In this document: in pieces, positions 1-12,875 of the stretch
Position numbering within the stretch: the stretch's first letter is position 1
Layout: every line of letters begins with the position of its first letter
Assembly (NCBI RefSeq): GCF_963921235.1
Contig: NC_086100.1
Location: 160,952,001-161,016,000, forward strand
DNA: 64,000 bases
Direction: 5' to 3'
Source of the DNA: Mobula hypostoma
Taxonomy: Eukaryota
Notes under the pieces: model-generated
What the model was told of the DNA's origin: nothing
The model's database searches: none
Seen by the model: the letters and a program-made list of their open reading frames with translations, nothing else
Translations under genes and position numbers: made by a program

Positions 1-1744
1 CTTGCTGATGATTGCATAGTATCCAGTTTCACTTATAATCTTCAGCCAATAATGCAACCTATAGCAACATGCAGTGAGACAGCTATGGTGTGATAAGCAT
101 TAATAAACATAATACCACAAAAGCGCCTGGTTACAATCATCACTAAGAAGAGAAAGTCAAAGTTAAAATGTAGTCATTAGCCACAGTAAGTTTAAAAAAA
201 TAGCTTATTAGGTCAAGTGTAAATTTGTAACTTACTGTTTGTATGCACGGTGGAATCAGCATTAATCACAGTAAAGGGACTGGACTTTTAACATTTAATT
301 ATTCAGAGAATAATTCATAGAATTAACAGAAAAGATTTAATAGCAATTTCTTGTGGTTGGAACTAGTGCAGACTAGATAGGTCAAGTGGCCTTATTCTAT
401 ACAGTTATGTTTACATGAAATACCACATTAAAGTGAAACACTTTGGTTTAAGAATTAACATATATGAATATTTAACCTCAGGTTTTAATTCTGACACAGA
501 CTACTGACAGTACTTAGAAGTCCACTTCACTGTAAACAGGATTTTCCTGTGCATTTGTAAAAAATTGACAGCTAGCTTGTTTTGAAAGATGGGTGAACAC
601 ATCACACTAATCAATTCAGATGCAAATATTTTTTGTGATGTGTTCAAATGTGTGCTTGGTTGACAGAGCTGTTTATTGCTACTTAAACTCCTGTGTGGTG
701 ATCAATTTGTGATGAAGGCTTTTTTTTTTTCTGTTCAATACTTCTATACATCAGTGAGTTTGACCAAAGTCTATGAAGTGAGATTTTCAGTGCAGATAAA
801 CTAACCTTATCAGAGAGGTAAGAAGTGTCTGACTTCTTGGTGATATATTTCCACCACAACTTCCATGTGGTGGTGCCCATGTTTTTACTGCCCTTGTATT
901 GCTAGTTGATGGAAATGGTGGATTTGGAATGTACATCTTGTAGATTGTACAATCTGTTCTTGCCGTGCATTTTGTTGGATCAAGTGAACAAATGTAGAAT
1001 GTGTACTTACCAAGGACTGCTATGTCTTGTATGGGGTCAATCTTCTTATATTTTTAAAAGACTCTAATACACTTAAGAAATACTAGAAATGTTTGAAGTA
1101 TTAAACTATTATTGCATTTAGATATATATTGAAATTATTATACCTAATTGAAATAGTTAATATAAAATAAATGGATTTTCCTTTGCTTTTCAACCTCCAA
1201 GCAGGGAATTTGAGTGGAAAGGCTGATCTTCCGCATTTTGGGCTGACACAGGAGTGGAGTGTTACACAGCTCGTGCAGTACTTGTGTTTGAATGCTATTA
1301 GGTCTGTGTTAGACTGACAGCCAACCCGAGCTCTTTTCAATGCATTACTTGAGAGAGGAGAGGGGAGCTGAGCAGTATGGAGAGAAGAATTGGAACAGTG
1401 CACCAGGTAGGGGAGAGGAGCATGGGTTAGAGTGGGAGACACTGGAAGGTGAATGACAGATGAGGTCTATCTATTGTTCAAGTCTACTACTGATCACACT
1501 TCAGGTAATTTCTGCTCTCTGGAATGGTGAATTAAGCTTGTTTCTCTTGACAATTTATGCCCCTCTCCTCCAGAAGTAGTAGATTTTTAAAAGACTGGCA
1601 TTTGAAAATGTGCAAACTTGACAGGGTGCAATGCACTACAAAGTGTCTATGCTTCAAAAACATCCGTACTTTACTTTGGGACAAATAAAACATAATTATT
1701 TATATTTGAGACCTGTGTTCTAGTACAGTATCAATGAGGCACTG

Positions 1745-2258
1745 TCATAGTCATAGTCATACTTTATTGATCCTGAGGGAAATTGGGTTTCGTTACAGTT
1801 GCACCAACCAAGAACAGAGTATAGATATAGCAATATAAAGCCATAAATAATTAAATAATAATATGTAAATTATGCCAGGAAATAAGTCCAGGACCAGCCT
1901 ATTGGCTCAGGGTGTCTGACCCTCCAAGAGAGGAGTTGTAAAGTTTGACGGCCACAGGCAGGAATGACTTCCTGTGACGCTCTGTGTTGCATCTCGGTGG
2001 AATGAGTCTCTGGCTGAATGTACTCCTGTGCCCAACCAGTACATTATGTAGTGGATGGCATGCAACTTGGACAGCATCCTCTTTCCAGACACGACCGTCA
2101 GAGAGTCCATTTCCATTCCCACAACACCACTGGCCTTATGAATGAGTTTGTTGATTCTGTTGGTGTCTGCTACCCTCAGCCTGCTGCCCCAGCACACAAC
2201 AGCAAACATGATCGCACTGGCCACCACAAACTAGAACATCCTCAGCATCGTCAGCATG
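1745..2258 (-). mobile_element. Rex1/Babar-type LINE, 3' fragment
   Basis: ORF 1907-2227 (VASAIMFAVVCWGS…NKLIHKASGVVG…) is the typical Rex1 RT C-terminus. 3' (TATGAC)n tail and AATAAA on the minus strand near 1745-1770. Confidence 0.85.
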
Positions 2259-2568
2259 TGCTGCCTTAGTTGCCTTCAATGGGGTAAGGTATCTTTTGAA
2301 TACACCGTTGGTTCTCCCATTGTCCAGATCAACTTCATTCCTTCAGCCTTTACTCCCCAACAGCATCTCATAAACCACCTCATTTTCTGTGCATGATCTT
2401 GTTGTATGCAAATTGTCTTGCCTGCATTAGAGTAGTGAATATGCCTTGCCAAAGTAAGTGGATGTCCTGAAATTTGTAAATTTCCATTATTGTACCTTCA
2501 AGGAAGGTTATGAAGGTCAGCAGCTGTGTTCATTTATTCAAAGGAGAGTGGAACAAATTTGTATGTTA

Positions 2569-2705
2569 CAACACGGGAAATCTGCCGATGCTGGAAATCC
2601 AACACAACACACACAAAATGCTGGAGGAACTTAGCAGGTCAAACTGCACCTATTGAAAAGAGTAAACAGTCGATGTTTTGGGCCAGGACCCTTCCTCAGG
2701 ACTGT
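2569..2705 (-). mobile_element. Penelope-like pseudo-LTR fragment with degenerate hammerhead motif
   Basis: Shares the ctgcagatgctgga…aacacacacaaaatgctggaggaact…gtcgatgtt…cccttcctcaggact layout with the other pLTRs. Minus strand reads agtc CTGAGGA agggtcctggccc AAAA catc gact (GAAA mutated). Confidence 0.8.
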
Positions 2706-4189
2706 ATTGTATTTATATGTTGCATAGTTGGACAATGGAGTCCATGGGAGAAAGGCAATTATATTGCCTTTCATCAAAGTGACACTAAGTGTGTTTTAAG
2801 TAGAAATAACATCACATCAAAACAGAGATCAATGGATTGAGACATTAAGGGATATAGGGATAGTGCATGAAAATGTGGAGAAGTAGAATATCTGTGTGAG
2901 CTGATGAGTGACAGAGTAGGATCAAAGGGTTGGATAATTTTGTCATATTTATTATGTTAAAGTTTTCATACCAACTGAGCTGGCAATGTCTAAAATGTAC
3001 AATTACATTTTTCATTCTTCTGGACTAATTACTCTGTTTTGTTTTTATAAATTTCAGACATTTTAAGGTAGATTAACCATAGAAGGAGTACTGGAGAAAT
3101 AAAACAATGCTATTTGTGTTAAAAGGTATTTTGTGACCGTTCCAACAATTGGTATTATAATTGCCTATCTCCCATTAGTGTTTACAATGTTTCCAGTTTT
3201 CAGTGATGCTATATATAAACAGTGCAATTGTACTTGCTTAATACCCTTCTGATCGAAGAAGCATTAATGGTTGTTTGAACCAGTGGCTTGAGTTTAGTAC
3301 TTAAAAATATCTATAAGGCTTCTTGGATTAATGTTTTCCGGCTTCAAAGCTGCATATACAATAGGATCTGCAATGCTGAGGGTATAGACCAGGAGTAGAA
3401 CAAAATTCAGTGACAAGGCTCAGTCCTCTATGAAAATGCAATCTTATGTTTTCAGCTTTTAGCTTTTACCTTTTACCTTAACTAATGCTACACCTACCTT
3501 TCTAAGGCATATGTTTCACCTGTCCAATTCATTCAATATTGAATGTTTCTTCAGAGTCGTGAAGAGAAACTTAAGTCACATGAGTCTCTCAGTGTGTCTT
3601 GTTGATGGCACGAATCCAAATGGTTTTCTTCCATGCCAAAGGTTAACAACATAATCAGCAAGAATGCTGCACATAAGGAGGTCACTTCTGATACGCTTGG
3701 TTTTGTAACTTTGTCAAAGATTGTATAATCTTGGCCTCCAGACTTTTACTTCAGTGTGATTTGAGACAAGTTGGACTTCCAGCCAACCTCTGATCTCTAT
3801 CATCTACTTCTCTCCACCCAATCCCAGCACTCCCTCTCTGCTGATGAGAGAATTGGATTTTGGAGCAAAAAGTCAAATCAATCCCAACATACCCTCCTTT
3901 ATCAGCTATCTAACACAATGAAACTGGGCTATGAATTTGTTAAACATTGGAAGCAAGAAATCAAGTTTGAGACTCATTTACAGGATTTGTTATCAAGAGA
4001 GTTTGAGAATTGGCAGGTTTTTCGGAAAGCGTTTCTAGAAACGTACATACAGACAAAATAGGTAAGCAGAGATTAAGGTAAGTATACAAAATAAGAAGGC
4101 CGTTTGCCCATCATGCACATGCAGTCGAAAATATAGAGCTGTTTATTTAACATTCATTTCCCAGTCCTGCAGCCTTGTAGAGTATAAGC

Positions 4190-4269
4190 CAGGAGTTCCC
4201 AAACTGGGGCCCACGGACCCCTTGCTTAATGGTATTGGTCCCTGGCATAAACAAGTTTTGGAACCCATG
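4190..4269. mobile_element. hAT (Charlie-like) MITE, 80 bp
   Basis: Imperfect TIRs caggagttcccaaa…tttggaacccatg and degenerate 8-bp flanks gtataagc/atatagac. Homologous to 54184-54235. Confidence 0.7.
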
Positions 4270-4454
4270 ATATAGACATTCAAATTAAGGGACAGGGAAT
4301 GCATACAACAAATTTGATTCATAGTGGGCAAAACCCCATAACTAAACATTTATTCAAAGTTCAAGGCTCAAAATAAATGTATTATCAATGTACATATACA
4401 ACACTGAGCTTCATTCTCTTGTAGGTATACTCAATATATCCAATCACCATAATA

Positions 4455-4810
4455 GAATCATAGAACCATAGAACACTACAGCATAGAAAACAGGCCACTT
4501 GGCACTTCTAGTCTGTGCTGAAACTTTATTCCGCCAGTCCCATTGACCTGCACCCAGTCCAGAACCCTCCAGACCTCTCCCATCCATGTATCTACCCAAT
4601 TTATTCTTAAAACTTAAGAGTGAGGCCGCATTTACCACGTCAGATGGCAGCTCGTTCCACACTCCCACCACTCTCTGAGTGAAGAAGTTCCCCCTAATGT
4701 TCCCCCTAAACCTTTCCCCTTTCACCCTAAAGCCATGCCCTCTCGTATTTATCTCTCCTAATCTAAGTGGAAAGAGCCTACTCACATTTACTCTATCTAT
4801 ACCCCTCATA
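4455..4810 (-). mobile_element. CR1 LINE 3' fragment nested in Rex1
   Basis: MRGIDRVN…TRGHGFRVKGERF…FFTQRVVGVWNELP. 3' stem-loop region and (TTCTATG)n-like tail near 4455-4490. Confidence 0.92.
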
Positions 4811-5667
4811 TCAATGAAAAACTGCACCAAGGGGGCAGACAACCAGTGTACAAGGGACAACAAACTGAACAAATGAAAAACAACATAAACAATAATTATC
4901 GAGAACATGAGATGAAGAGTTATTGAAAGTGAGTCTATAGGTTGTGGGAACAGTTCAGTGACGGGGTAAATGAAGTTGCAGTTAACTCCTCTGGTTCAGG
5001 AGCCTGATGGTTGAGGGGTAATTGCTGTTCCTGAGCCTGGTGGTATGAGACCTGAGGCTCCAATACCTTCTTCCTGATGGCAGCAGAGTGAAGAGAGCAT
5101 GACCTGGTTGGTGGGGGTTCCTGATGATGGATGCAGCTTTGCTGTGACAGCATTCTATGCAGATGTGCTCAGCGGTGGGGAGGGCTTTACCTGTGATGGA
5201 CTGCACCACATTCTCTGTTTCTTCAGGATTTTCCGTTCGAGGGCATTGGTGTTTCCATACCAGACTGTGATGAAGCCAGTCAATGTACTCTCCACGACAC
5301 ACTAACAGAAGTTAGTCAAAGTTATAGAGTAATGCTGAACCTATACGAACTTCTAAGGAAGTAGAAACACTACTGCGCTTTGTTAGTAATTGCACTCATG
5401 TGCTGGACCTAGAGCAGGTCCTCTGAAATGATTACACTGAGGAATTAAAATTACTGATGCTCTTCTCCTCTGATTTTCCCAATGGGGACTGGCTCATGTA
5501 CTTCTGGTTTCGTCCTCTTGAAATCAATGATCAGCTCCTTGGTCTTGTTGACATTGAGTAAGTGGTTATTGTTGTGGCACCATATTGGCTAGGTTTCCAA
5601 TCTCCTTCTTGTCTGCTGATTCATCACCACCTTTCATTTGGCCTAAGACGGTGATGTTGTCAGCAAA

Positions 5668-6040
5668 AGGGAGAAAATCTGCAGATGCTGGAAATTTGAG
5701 CAACGCAAGCAAAATGCTGGAGGAACTCGGCAGGCCATGCAGCATCTAGGAAAAGAGTACAGTCAAAGTTTCAGGCCGAAACCTGTTTGGCAAGCCAGTC
5801 AGAGAACAACAGGGATTAGAGTTGGGGGGGCAGTGAGAGAGGGCTTCACTGAACTTTTCAGGGTAGGCATCCCTGGAAGAGACTTTGCAGCGTATTAATC
5901 CAATCAAACAAAGAGGAAATCTGCAGATGCTGGAAATCCGAGTAACACACACAAATTGGTGGAGGAACTCAGCAGGCCAGGCAGCATCTAAGAAAAGAGG
6001 ATAGTCGATGTTTCGGGCCGAAACCTTTCAGCAGGATTTT
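5668..6040 (-). mobile_element. Non-autonomous PLE derivative: two direct pLTRs plus short spacer, 13-bp TSD
   Basis: tgttgtcagcaaa at 5655-5667 and 6041-6053. pLTR copies at ~5668-5790 and ~5905-6040, 242-bp period. Confidence 0.85.
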
Positions 6041-7309
6041 TGTTGTCAGCAAACTTAAATGTGGCATTGTTGCTGTGTTTGTAAAGTAATTAGAGCAGGG
6101 GGTAAACACACTGTTTGTGGTGCACTTGTGCTGGTGGGGATTGTGGAGGAGAGGTTGTTGTCAATCCAAACTGATTGAATGAAGCTTATTGTTTAGTTTT
6201 GAGGGGAATATAGTATTGAAAGCTGAGCTGTAGTCAATAAAGAGCATCATGATGTATGCATATTTGCTGTCCAGATGTTCCAGGGTTGAGAGAAAAGCTA
6301 ATGAGATGGCTTCTGCTGTGGACCTGTTGTGCTGGTAGGCAAACTGGAGCGGTTTCAATTTGCTTCTCATATATGTTGATATGTATTCTGAGAAACACAT
6401 TCATCCTGTCTATTCATTCGGTTAGATATCCACAAAATTTGATGATCATCTACATATAAAGTGCAATGACAAGGGACTAAATGCTTGGCCAAAGGGCAAT
6501 AGTTTTTAGAAAAGTTGGGACAGGCCAGAGGCTTGGTATCCAACTATACTCACAAGCATGTAATACGAGATGATCATTTTATATTGCTTACTTGCTGACA
6601 CATTTACATCAGAATTGGCAGAAGATGGGAATTTGTGGTAAATAGAAAACAATAATGATGGATTTAAAAACTATCGAATTTGTAAACCCTATTCTGAGAG
6701 AATCTTAATCCTAAAAGCAGGAGAAGATTTTCGAAGCCAGAATTGCACAGCAGTTATTCTTTTCAGCGTGTAAAAACTTAGTCTGTGTTCAACCAGAGGC
6801 AGTATTTTTATTGCAAATTATATGTGAAAAGTTGTCATTCATGCCAAACCAAATTTTGTGAATTGGGTTCGAAAGGCTACAACCACAGTGATGAAGAATT
6901 GCATCATAGATAGCAAGTTTTCAGTGCAATTGTGCCAGATGTTGTTGCAAGTGTAAGAGATTATTGACGGCAAGTGCTGACAGATCTACCTTTTGCACTG
7001 CAAATATTGTATCACTGACTTTGGCTATAATGTCTAAATAAGAAATCACGCTGAGAGTATGGTGGCTATTTAGGTTTGTTTTACCTGTTGGTCTACTAAT
7101 ATTATGAGCTGCATGGTTAAATGTGGGCAACTTTAAGAAGTCCTCAGGCAAAAGCCAAAAATTAATGCATTTAGTGCTGGACCTAATAAGTCTTTCTCTT
7201 GGTAGGATGGGTTTTATTATTTTGCTAAAGATTATAGCATAATCTTGATCATTGGTACTTAAGCATGCTTTCAGATTATTTGGATTTTCCACCATAACTT
7301 AACATCTAA

Positions 7310-7595
7310 CTTCTACCTCTCTACTCTTTATGCCACTTTTCTCTGCAATCTCCCTCTACTCAACCTCCAATTTAGATTATACTCCAATCAATACCTACCC
7401 CTTTCCTAGACCCACCCCTTCACACCTCCTCCACTTTTCCACCCTCCCTCAGATTCCTTGTCCTTGATATCCCAAGGCTTCCTCTGTCCCTCAGCACACC
7501 CATTCTCCTTCCGTGCACCCTGAACCTGCTCCCCTCTAATCTTTCCACCGAACCTCCGCATTCTCCACCTACCCCTCTGCCACCATCCATCTTGC
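7310..7595. repeat. Pyrimidine-rich low-complexity tract
   Basis: About 290 bp of C/T-dominated sequence with very few G. Confidence 0.6.
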
Positions 7596-9464
7596 ATTTA
7601 AAAAATTTCTTTCACAACCTTGGCATCTCCTGAGGCAGTTTAGAGCTAATGAACTCTTGTTTTAGTCTATTTAGGTTTGTAAAGTAGCAGAGACTAATTG
7701 GAACATATTAAGGATCTGTAGCTTAAACATGGTCAGGCAGCCTTGGAATGATGCCCTGTGGGCTATTGGGTCAATGAGGTCAGATCCTGGAGCACAAATC
7801 ATACAAATGATAAGATTCATGATATATATAGGACCAAACCTTTATTGAGTAACTGTGGAATTTATGATGTCTTTCACGTCTCAACACGTGTTAGTAGCTT
7901 GGAGTCTGGGCAGCCAATAGAGATGTTAGCCTGAAAGCTTTATTTATTTATCCTCTGCATCTTGCATACGCTTGTAGCTGGAAAATGATTCAAACTGAAT
8001 AAAAATATAAATACAGTATATTAAAAAATTTGGTCAACAGCATATTGTTATTCCGCTGGTGAAATGACTGATAATCTGGACCTATGAAGTAATAATGTGT
8101 TTATGCTCTCGTTAGTTTAATGGGGAAATGAAATAAGATTATCCAGCCTCTGTAAGGTCTATTTCATGGATTCATTAAAATCTCTGAATCCTGCGGTTGA
8201 AGAGTATTATAACTGCTTCCCACGGCGGAGCGATTTCTTCGCACTTTGCAATTTTAATGCTGCTCTGTTGGTCTATTGGTTTCAATTATTGTTGATCTCA
8301 TGGAATGATTAATCTTCAGCCCCTGCACTTGTCAGATGTGTGACCACTTAAAGTACTATTTTTTATTGCATGGAAATATTGCACCATGTCCAGTTTAAAT
8401 ACTCTGCATCCTGAAATTGCTTGCTTAAACCACAACAGTTTAATTTCATTAAAACACATCTCGGATACTGTATATCCATTGCACTCTAAAGAAACTCTGT
8501 GTTTTCAGGGACAGTAAAAGCAGCCTATAAATCACTTTCTTCATCGTACAATTAGGAAGGAAAAATGCCTTGGTAGTTGGAATAATTCAAATGTAAATTT
8601 ACCTTATGTCCGTTACTGGAACATAGACCCTCCTCATTCTTTGATCTTTAATTTATGATTCCATAAGTCGTAATTGATTTATTATTTTCCCAAGTACTCC
8701 GCTACAGCGGAAAGCTTTGTTTTCATGCCATCCAATCGTAATCAGTGGTTATATTTGAACTTGTTTGCACACATAAATTAGGAGCAAGAGTCGACCTCTC
8801 AGTCCTGCTAGTCTGCTGGTCTGTTTAATAAGATCATGGCCAATCTGCTCGGTATTCGCACCTCACCTGTTGCTCCCTCCATGGATGTCTAAGCAAATGG
8901 CAGAAGCCCTGCTTCTATTCCCCTTTGTGGAAGTGAGTTCTAAACACTCACTAACTTCTGATGGAAGGCACAATCTCCCCCATTGCAGTGTTAAATGAGG
9001 ATCCAGTTATTTCAGTACAGTGACTCCTGGTTTCTGAGATTTTCCCTTTGCATGTTGGTCTGTTACACAGTACCAGCCAGCAGATGGCACTCCAGCACTG
9101 CTGACCATGTGCAAATGGAGATGTGCTTTTCCAGTTATTGGGGCCATGCTCAAAATTTTCAACATTGCACCTGGTTCTGGGACTGTGTTGAATGATTCGG
9201 ACAGGTGCAGTAGGGTGAGCTGAGCCTTCTCCAGTGCACCAAAGGCACCTAGGTTTCTCTCTTGCTGTAGTAATCTATGATCATATGTACATTTTTGTGT
9301 GATATCCTGAAACAGGAGCTGGCACGGCTTTTAAAGGAGTTCTGCAGCACCTTATTGAGACGTGACTCTTTGGAACCTAGGATCATCTCATAGATGGCTA
9401 ATCTCTAATTAATGATTACATTCAGTGAGTTAATTTTAATCAGTATTCATATTTCATCAAGAAA

Positions 9465-9537
9465 TATAGAAACATATGAAACCTACGGCACAATACAGGC
9501 CCTTCAGCCCACAATGCTGTGCTGAACATTTACTTCC
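9465..9537 (-). mobile_element. CR1 3' terminus
   Basis: tagaaacatatgaaacctacggcacaatacaggcccttcagcccaca is the reverse complement of the CR1 3' end seen at 16290-16354. Confidence 0.8.
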
Positions 9538-10400
9538 TGTCATAATCGGGGCATTGGGAAGGGAGCCAAATGCAAGACACAGAGACTGAAGTACTAGGAA
9601 CAGGACAGGACTAGAGTTAGGGACGTGACTGGATGCAGTCTAGGAGCTGGGACAAGAACAGACTTGGGCTAGGACATTGGCTAGACAAGAGGGACCAGGA
9701 CTAGGAACTGGAAACTAGGAGCCTGGGCTTAGACTCCGAGCCAGAGACTGGACAAGGACCCAGAACCTGGATCTTGACTTGGGCTCGGACCCTGGAACTA
9801 GGCTCGGACATGACCTGGCTACCGGACTGGACATGGCTTGGGTTCCTCGAGGCTGGGGTTCCTCGATTCGAGGCGAGGACATGACGAGGCTGGGGTTCCT
9901 CGATTAGAGGCGAGGACATGATGAGGCTGGGGTTCGGACTCCGAGCCGGAGACTGGACAAGGACCCCACTCAGGCTCGGGATCCGGAACTAGGCGAAGAC
10001 ATGATGTGGTCTTGGGAGACAGGACTAGGTGAGGCTACAGGACAGAACTAGAGACTCCTGGGCAAGACAAGGGAACTCCAGCACAGGATGAGAACATGAA
10101 GCCTTGACTTGGTACTCAGGAACAGCCGAGCCTTGGACTTGGGACGACAGGAACCTCGGAACCTTGGACTTAGGACGACAGGAATGCAGAACCAGAACCT
10201 TGGTCTTGGGGAGGACAGGAACACAGAGCCTTAGTCTACAGCATGGGAACACGGAGCCTTGGGACTTCAGAGACAGGAACACAGGGACATGGAACACAGA
10301 GCCGGGACCTCTCCTTGGGAATAGGACTTAAGGCCGGGACTCGTACACGGAGCACAGAGCCAGGACCCCTCCTTGGGAACAGAACTTGGGGCCGGGGCTC
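9538..10400. mobile_element. Internally repetitive element, probably an LTR-retrotransposon terminal fragment
   Basis: Starts TGTCATAAT and is G/A-skewed. Contains a 37-bp tandem unit (gaggctggggttcctcgattNgaggcgaggacatga, ~9849-9935), a ~30-bp duplication (gactccgagccRgagactggacaaggaccc) and many caggaacacRgagcc units (10115-10390). Confidence 0.5.
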
Positions 10401-11550
10401 TATGCCTTGAGGTTTTCATTAATCCTGTTCGCCAAGGCCTTCTCATGGCCCCTTCTGGCTCTCCTAATTTCATTCTTAAGCTCCTTCCTGCTAGCCATAT
10501 AATCTTCTAGATCTCTATCATTACCTAGCTTTTTGAACCTTTCATAACCTTTTCTTTTCTTCTTGACTAGATTTTCAAAGGCCCTTGTTCACCACGGTTC
10601 CTGTACCCTGCCATCCTTTCCCTGTCCCATTGGAACGTACCTATGCAGAACGCCACGCTAATACTCCCTGAACATTTGCCACATTTCTGCTGTACATTTC
10701 ACTGAGAATATCTGTTCCCAATTTATGCTTCCAAGTTCCTGCCTGATAGCTTCATATTTCCCCTTACTCCAATAAACACTTTCCTAACTTGTCTGTTCCT
10801 ATTGCTTTCCTGTTCCTGTTCCTATGGTAAAGGAGATAAAATTGTGATCACTATCTCAAAAATGCTGTCCCACTGAAAGACCTGACACCTGACCAGGTTC
10901 ATTTCCCAACACCAGATCAGGTACAGCCTCTCCTCGTGTATGCTTATCTGCATGTTGTGTCAGGAAACCTTCTTGAACACACCTAACAAACTCCACCCCA
11001 TCTAAACGCCTTGCTCTAGGGAGATGCCAATCAATATTTGGGTAATTAAAATCTCCCACCACAGCAACTTTGTTATTATTACACCTTTGCAGAATCTGTC
11101 TCCCTATCTGCTCCTCAATGTCCCTGTTTCTATTGGGTGCTCTATAAAAAACACCTACTAGAGTTATTAACTCCTTCCTGTTTGTAACTTCCACCCACAG
11201 AGACTCAGTAGACAATCCCTCCATGACTTCCTCCCTTTCTGCAGCCGTGATACTATCTCTGATCAACAGTGCCAAGCCCCCACCTCTTTTACCTCCCTCC
11301 CTGTCCTTTCTGAAACACCTAAAGCCGAGCACTCTAAGTAACCTTTCCTGCCCCTGAGCCATCCAAGTCTCTGTAATGGCCACAATATCATAGCTCCAAG
11401 TACTGATCCACGCTCTAAGCTCATCTGCTTTGTTCACGATGCTTCTTGCATTAAAAGAAACACATCTCAAACCATTGGTATGAGTGCATCCCTTCTCAAT
11501 CACCTGCTATCCTCCCTCTCACTCTGTCTCCAGGCTTTCTCTACTTGCTT
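10401..11550 (-). mobile_element. CR1 LINE ORF2 5' part (APE endonuclease)
   Basis: ORF 10856-11503: CVSFNARSIVNKADEL…AITETW…VGVFYRAP…VGDFNYPNIDW…DLVLGNEP. Confidence 0.95.
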
Positions 11551-11689
11551 TACATCGAAATTAGGACTAAGAGCAGAGTGTGGGAGAAACAGCAACAATT
11601 GTTACTTAAATCCAATCATTAGGGTTTGAGCAATTCTTACCCATTTCTTAACTGGGCAATTCAATTGTCCCTGCAACTTGCCAGGTATT

Positions 11690-12875
11690 CAAGAAAGTCA
11701 AGAAGCTCAATAATGTGTGGGACATAGCAGCCTCCTTGGTAGATACCCCATTCACAACTATTCATTCACTCCACCACCAACTCATAGTAACAGCTGTAGG
11801 TACCAAAATTTCAAAGTCTAGTCTATTGTCATATGCTCAGGGTGCATTGAAAATCCTCCTTGCACCAACATCAAAGGTGCCTTGCATCATATGAGCAACA
11901 TTGACCACATAACAGACCTTAAAGATAGACACAATGTTTACAAGAATGAACATAACTGGAGCGAAAAAAAACAATGTCCTTCATGGTGCAACGTGGTCAT
12001 AAAGTTGCTGCACCAAGATAGTGTTGAGAGCTGTGCTGATTTGTTCGAGAACTGACTGGTCAAAAGGAAGTGACTGCTCTTGAACCTGGTGGTGCTGAAG
12101 TTCAGGCTTCTGTCCTTTTCCCTGACTGTAGCTACAAGAAGATGGCATGGCTTGGATGATGAGGATCTTTGATGATGGATCCTGCCTTCTTGAGGCAGTG
12201 CCTCATGCCCATACTACCAATGGTGGGGAGGCATGTGCCCATGATGTATTGAGCTGAGTCCACTACTCTCTGCAGTTTCTCATATTTTTGCATGTTCAAA
12301 TTGCTGTACCCGACCATGACGCAACCAGTCAGCATGCTTTTAACAGTACCTTTGTCGTGGTTTGTTAGAGTCCGATGACATGCTGAGCCTGCTGACCCTT
12401 CTGTGAAAGATGCTGATGTACTTCCCATGTTTTTGCATATATGTGCTAGGCCAGGGCAGGCCATCCAATATTCTAGCACCCAGGAATTTAAGACTGCTGA
12501 ATCTCCCTGCTGGTGATCTATCAATGTACACTGGTGCTATGTTATCTACAGGATGCACTGGAGCTTTTCACTAAGATGCCTTAAACAGTGCCTTCTAAAC
12601 TCACCAGCCCTACCAGCTAAAAGTGCAAGGAAACACTGCCACCTATAAGTTGCCCTTCTACCCACTTACCATCCGGACTTAGCAATTTATCCCTGTTTCT
12701 TCAGGTTTGCTGGGTCAAAGTCTTAGAATTCCCTCAACATCAGTATTGTTGGTATACCCACCCCTCAAAGACTGCAGTGGTTCAGGAGTACAACTCGTGA
12801 CCACTTTCTCAAGGGCAATTGGGAATGGGCAGCTAAATGCTGGCTAGCCTGTAAATCCAGCATCCCTTGAATCAA
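11690..12875 (+). mobile_element. Old L2/CR1-clade LINE 3' fragment split by a Rex1 insertion
   Basis: attcactccaccacc…agctgtaggtacc (to ~11805) continues as atctacaggatgcactg (~12545) and ends agggcaattgggaatgggcagctaaatgctggc. Confidence 0.6.
11810..12535 (-). mobile_element. Rex1/Babar-type LINE 3' fragment
   Basis: LTGCVMVGY…KLQRVVDSAQYIMGT…CLKKAGSIIKDPHHPSHA (ORF 12132-12524). Confidence 0.85.

Larger units (their letters stand above)
4355..6400 (-). mobile_element. Rex1/Babar-type LINE (RT region + 3' UTR), interrupted by a CR1 and a PLE insertion
   Basis: Minus ORF remnants PLQFAYQHNRSTAEAISLA…MLFIDYSSAFNTI (6161-6400) and KAASIIRNPHQPGHALFTLLPSGRRY (4982-5302). Confidence 0.9.

Noticed and set aside
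6921-7295. 124-aa minus-strand ORF and other 60-130 aa ORFs in unique sequence
   Set aside because: No recognisable domain, no convincing splice context, and lengths expected by chance.
9840-10390. Repeat-spacer-like pattern resembling a CRISPR array
   Set aside because: Repeats are degenerate, abutting or irregularly spaced. The context is vertebrate and there are no cas genes.
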